Assembly: GCA_036000295.1 (NCBI GenBank)
Contig: DASYFZ010000362.1
Span: 1-38,532, forward strand
Reading direction: 5' to 3'
Origin: Solirubrobacteraceae bacterium
Lineage (GTDB): Bacteria > Actinomycetota > Thermoleophilia > Solirubrobacterales > Solirubrobacteraceae
Length of the DNA: 38,532 nt
In this document: in pieces, positions 36,389-38,532 of the stretch
Numbering within the stretch: position 1 is the stretch's first letter
Layout: every line of letters begins with the position of its first letter
The notes under the pieces: model-generated
The model's database searches: none
The model's input: only the letters and a program-made list of their open reading frames with translations
What the model was told of the DNA's origin: nothing
Position numbers and translations under genes: made by a program

Positions 36389-36402
36389 TCGAAGTTCGCT
36401 GC

Positions 36403-36436
36403 TCCCGGGCCTGACGCTTCGGCCGAGGGCCCGGGA
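36403..36436. terminator. GC-rich hairpin between convergent genes (possible bidirectional terminator)
   Basis: TCCCGGGCC/GGCCCGGGA 9-bp inverted repeat; no U-tract. Confidence 0.45.
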
Positions 36437-36457
36437 AGGCGCCTGGTGTGGGACGTG

Positions 36458-37303
36458 TCAGGTCAGCGAGCGGGGGTACGAATGCTCCTTGAGCACGACG
36501 TTGAGCTGGGCTCCAAGCAGGGTGATCATCGACTGCAGGTAGAACCACCACAAGATCGTGATCACTGTCGCGAATTGACCGTAGGTCGACTGCGCGTTCT
36601 TCAGGTACCTGGAGATGATCAGCGTGGATAGCGTCTCCAGCAAGAAGAAGGAGATCCCGGACAGGAGTGCTCCGGGCAGCACGTCACGAGTGGTGACGTC
36701 TCGGTCGGTGAGGATCCGGAACGCGGCCACGAAGATCCCGACGTCGAGCGCGAGCGACAACACGTAGCCGCCCACGCGACCGGCGGCGCCGAGGTTCACC
36801 CCGCTGGCGGAGCTGGCAACGAGTCCGGACAGCAGCGTGGTGATCACGAGGCCCAAGCCGACGGTCGCGAGCACGGAGATGCTTCGGGTCATCTGCTTGA
36901 CCAGGCCTGGCTGCTTGTCGGGCTCGGTGCCCCAGACCGAGTTGAAGGCGAACTGTGCCGTGCGTACGACGCCTGAGCCGCTCCACAGAGCCGTCGCGAG
37001 CCCGAGGACGATCGTCCACCATGCGCCACTCAACCCCTTGATCGTGTTTGGATTGAGCAGCGGGAACAGCTGAGCGACATGTCCGAGTACGGCGTCCTTG
37101 TCGCTCGCCGGCAGGAAGAGCGCCAGCAACGTCACCAGCACCAGCAGCAGCGGGAACACCGAGAAGAACGCCCAGAACGCGATCATCGCCGCGAAGTTCG
37201 CGGACTGATCTTCCGAGAATTTCTTGAACGTCGCCACAGCGACGCTCAATGTGGTGCTCCGCTTTTGCGCCCGGTCGAGCTTCTGTAAGACGCCCGTGCT
37301 CAT
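36458..37303 (-). CDS. YihY/virulence factor BrkB family membrane protein
   Basis: AAMIAFWAFFSVFPLLL, ALWSG, AFNSVW, LPGA, STYGQFATVI.IL.WFY and LLGAQLN. Confidence 0.92.
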   Translation of the reverse strand: MSTGVLQKLDRAQKRSTTLSVAVATFKKFSEDQSANFAAMIAFWAFFSVFPLLLVLVTLLALFLPASDKDAVLGHVAQLFPLLNPNTIKGLSGAWWTIVLGLATALWSGSGVVRTAQFAFNSVWGTEPDKQPGLVKQMTRSISVLATVGLGLVITTLLSGLVASSASGVNLGAAGRVGGYVLSLALDVGIFVAAFRILTDRDVTTRDVLPGALLSGISFFLLETLSTLIISRYLKNAQSTYGQFATVITILWWFYLQSMITLLGAQLNVVLKEHSYPRSLT

Positions 37304-37373
37304 GCGCTACCGCCGCAGTATCGCAGTACGACCCAGGCATATACGATGCGCATCGAGGTGGATTGACGGACGG

Positions 37374-37679
37374 ATGCCGAGTAACGCGACGACATTGCGG
37401 ATAGGTGCCAAAGGGGCGGTGGCGATAGCTCGTCGTCCGATCCTTCGGCGAGTCACTGGGGTCATCGTCCGACGGAAGGCACGCGGTCAAATCGAGAGAT
37501 TCGTCGCCGCCGGAAGGACCGCCGGAGAGATCGCGGTCATCTACGGTCCGATGATGGCCGAGGTATTGGGGATCATCGAGCCGCCCAAACCCAAGCGCCG
37601 AGCACCGGCTTTTGTGGCAGGAGTCGTGATCGGAGCTGGCGCCGTGTACGTTCTCATTCGCAGTCAGCGCGACCGCTGA
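37374..37679 (+). CDS. Small basic hypothetical protein with a C-terminal TM anchor
   Basis: Fills the gap between YihY and the SDR; ends PKPKRRAPAFVAGVVIGAGAVYVL. Confidence 0.6.
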   Translation: MPSNATTLRIGAKGAVAIARRPILRRVTGVIVRRKARGQIERFVAAGRTAGEIAVIYGPMMAEVLGIIEPPKPKRRAPAFVAGVVIGAGAVYVLIRSQRDR

Positions 37680-37751
37680 CGTAGGCGGTGTCGCGCTTGC
37701 GCGCGCGAGAATCATCGGCGCCGAGGGGCCGGTTTCGGGTAGGAGCGCTGC

Positions 37752-38532
37752 ATGTCTAATCGCACCTGGTTCATTACGGGCGCGTCGCGCGGCTTTGGCC
37801 GTTCGTTCGCGCAGGCCGCACTCGCGGCGGGGGATCGCGTTGCAGCGACGGCGCGCGACACCTCCTCACTGGAAGATCTCGTCGCTGACCACGGCGACGC
37901 GGTGCTACCGGTCGAGCTGGATGTCACCGACCGCGACGCCGTGTTCGCCTCTGTCAGAAACGTTCATGAGCGCTTCGGGCGCCTGGACGTCGTCGTCAAC
38001 AACGCGGGGTATGGCGTCGCGGGCGCGGTCGAGGAGCTTTCCGAAGAGCAGGCGCGCCGCCAGCTCGAAGTCAACCTCTTCGGAGCGCTGTGGGTTACGC
38101 AGGCGGCGCTGCCGATCATGCGCGAGCAGCGCTCTGGGTGGATCGTCCAGGTCTCCTCGATCGGTGGGCTGGCCGCGTTCCCGCTGACCGGCATCTACCA
38201 CGCGAGCAAATGGGCGCTCGAGGGCCTCTCAGAGACGCTGCGCCAAGAGGTCGAGCCGTTCGGGATCCGGGTCCTGATGGTCGAGCCGAGCGGGTTTCGC
38301 ACCGACTGGGCGGGCTCGTCGATGGACCGTGCCGAGCCAATCGACGCCTACCAGCAGATCGACCAGATCGCGCAGCGCCGCGCGTCCCAGCAGGAGGAGA
38401 ACAACGGATCGCAGCCAGGCAATCCCGACCTCGCTGCACAGGCACTGCTCGACACGCTCAACAAGGACGATCCGCCCTTCCGCCTCCTCCTCGGCAACGT
38501 CGCCTACGACGTCGCGGTCGACCGCTACGAAG
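37752..38532 (+). CDS. Short-chain dehydrogenase/reductase (3' truncated by the window end)
   Basis: Read directly (absent from the ORF track): MSNRTWFITGASRGFG...LDVT...NNAGYG...SSIGG...YHASKW...VEPSGFRT; AGGAG RBS. Confidence 0.93.
   Translation, partial: MSNRTWFITGASRGFGRSFAQAALAAGDRVAATARDTSSLEDLVADHGDAVLPVELDVTDRDAVFASVRNVHERFGRLDVVVNNAGYGVAGAVEELSEEQARRQLEVNLFGALWVTQAALPIMREQRSGWIVQVSSIGGLAAFPLTGIYHASKWALEGLSETLRQEVEPFGIRVLMVEPSGFRTDWAGSSMDRAEPIDAYQQIDQIAQRRASQQEENNGSQPGNPDLAAQALLDTLNKDDPPFRLLLGNVAYDVAVDRYE

Noticed and set aside
1-38532. CRISPR array, tRNA/rRNA, IS element, prophage or biosynthetic gene cluster
   Set aside because: I saw no regularly spaced repeats, RNA gene signatures, transposase, integrase or phage structural genes. 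The P450, SnoaL, cupin and methyltransferase genes are scattered with no core synthase.

Overview
This is a GC-rich (roughly 70% by eye) bacterial chromosomal segment. Gene content and protein style suggest Actinomycetota, probably Thermoleophilia/Solirubrobacterales (inference). It is a densely packed accessory, stress and detox region with about 43 CDS and three gene remnants. The left part holds a PAS-GGDEF cyclase, large secreted proteins (DUF11 adhesin-like, Cys-repeat, ceramidase-like), a P450, VOC/MBL/CBS genes, an ankyrin protein, an SPFH + ribbon-helix-helix operon and an AbiEi/DUF559 gene. The middle holds a fluoride riboswitch with crcB-crcB-DUF190, a LOG-like gene, two cupins, an HD hydrolase, a MmyB-like regulator, an AKR, RidA and msrA. 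The right part holds a PaoABC/YagTSR-type molybdoenzyme, gnd, GIY-YIG, an FAD dehydrogenase, an SGNH hydrolase, YihY and a truncated SDR. I saw no tRNA, rRNA, CRISPR array, transposase or integrase. The most interesting unexplained signal is a ~130-nt leader (13657-13793, minus strand) before the ankyrin gene. It can form two mutually exclusive folds, one hiding the Shine-Dalgarno and one freeing it, and the protein begins with a duplicated 'LAxxxGFxSW' module. This is a candidate uncharacterised RNA switch or protein-RNA autoregulatory system. All calls come from motif recognition by eye; no database searches were run.
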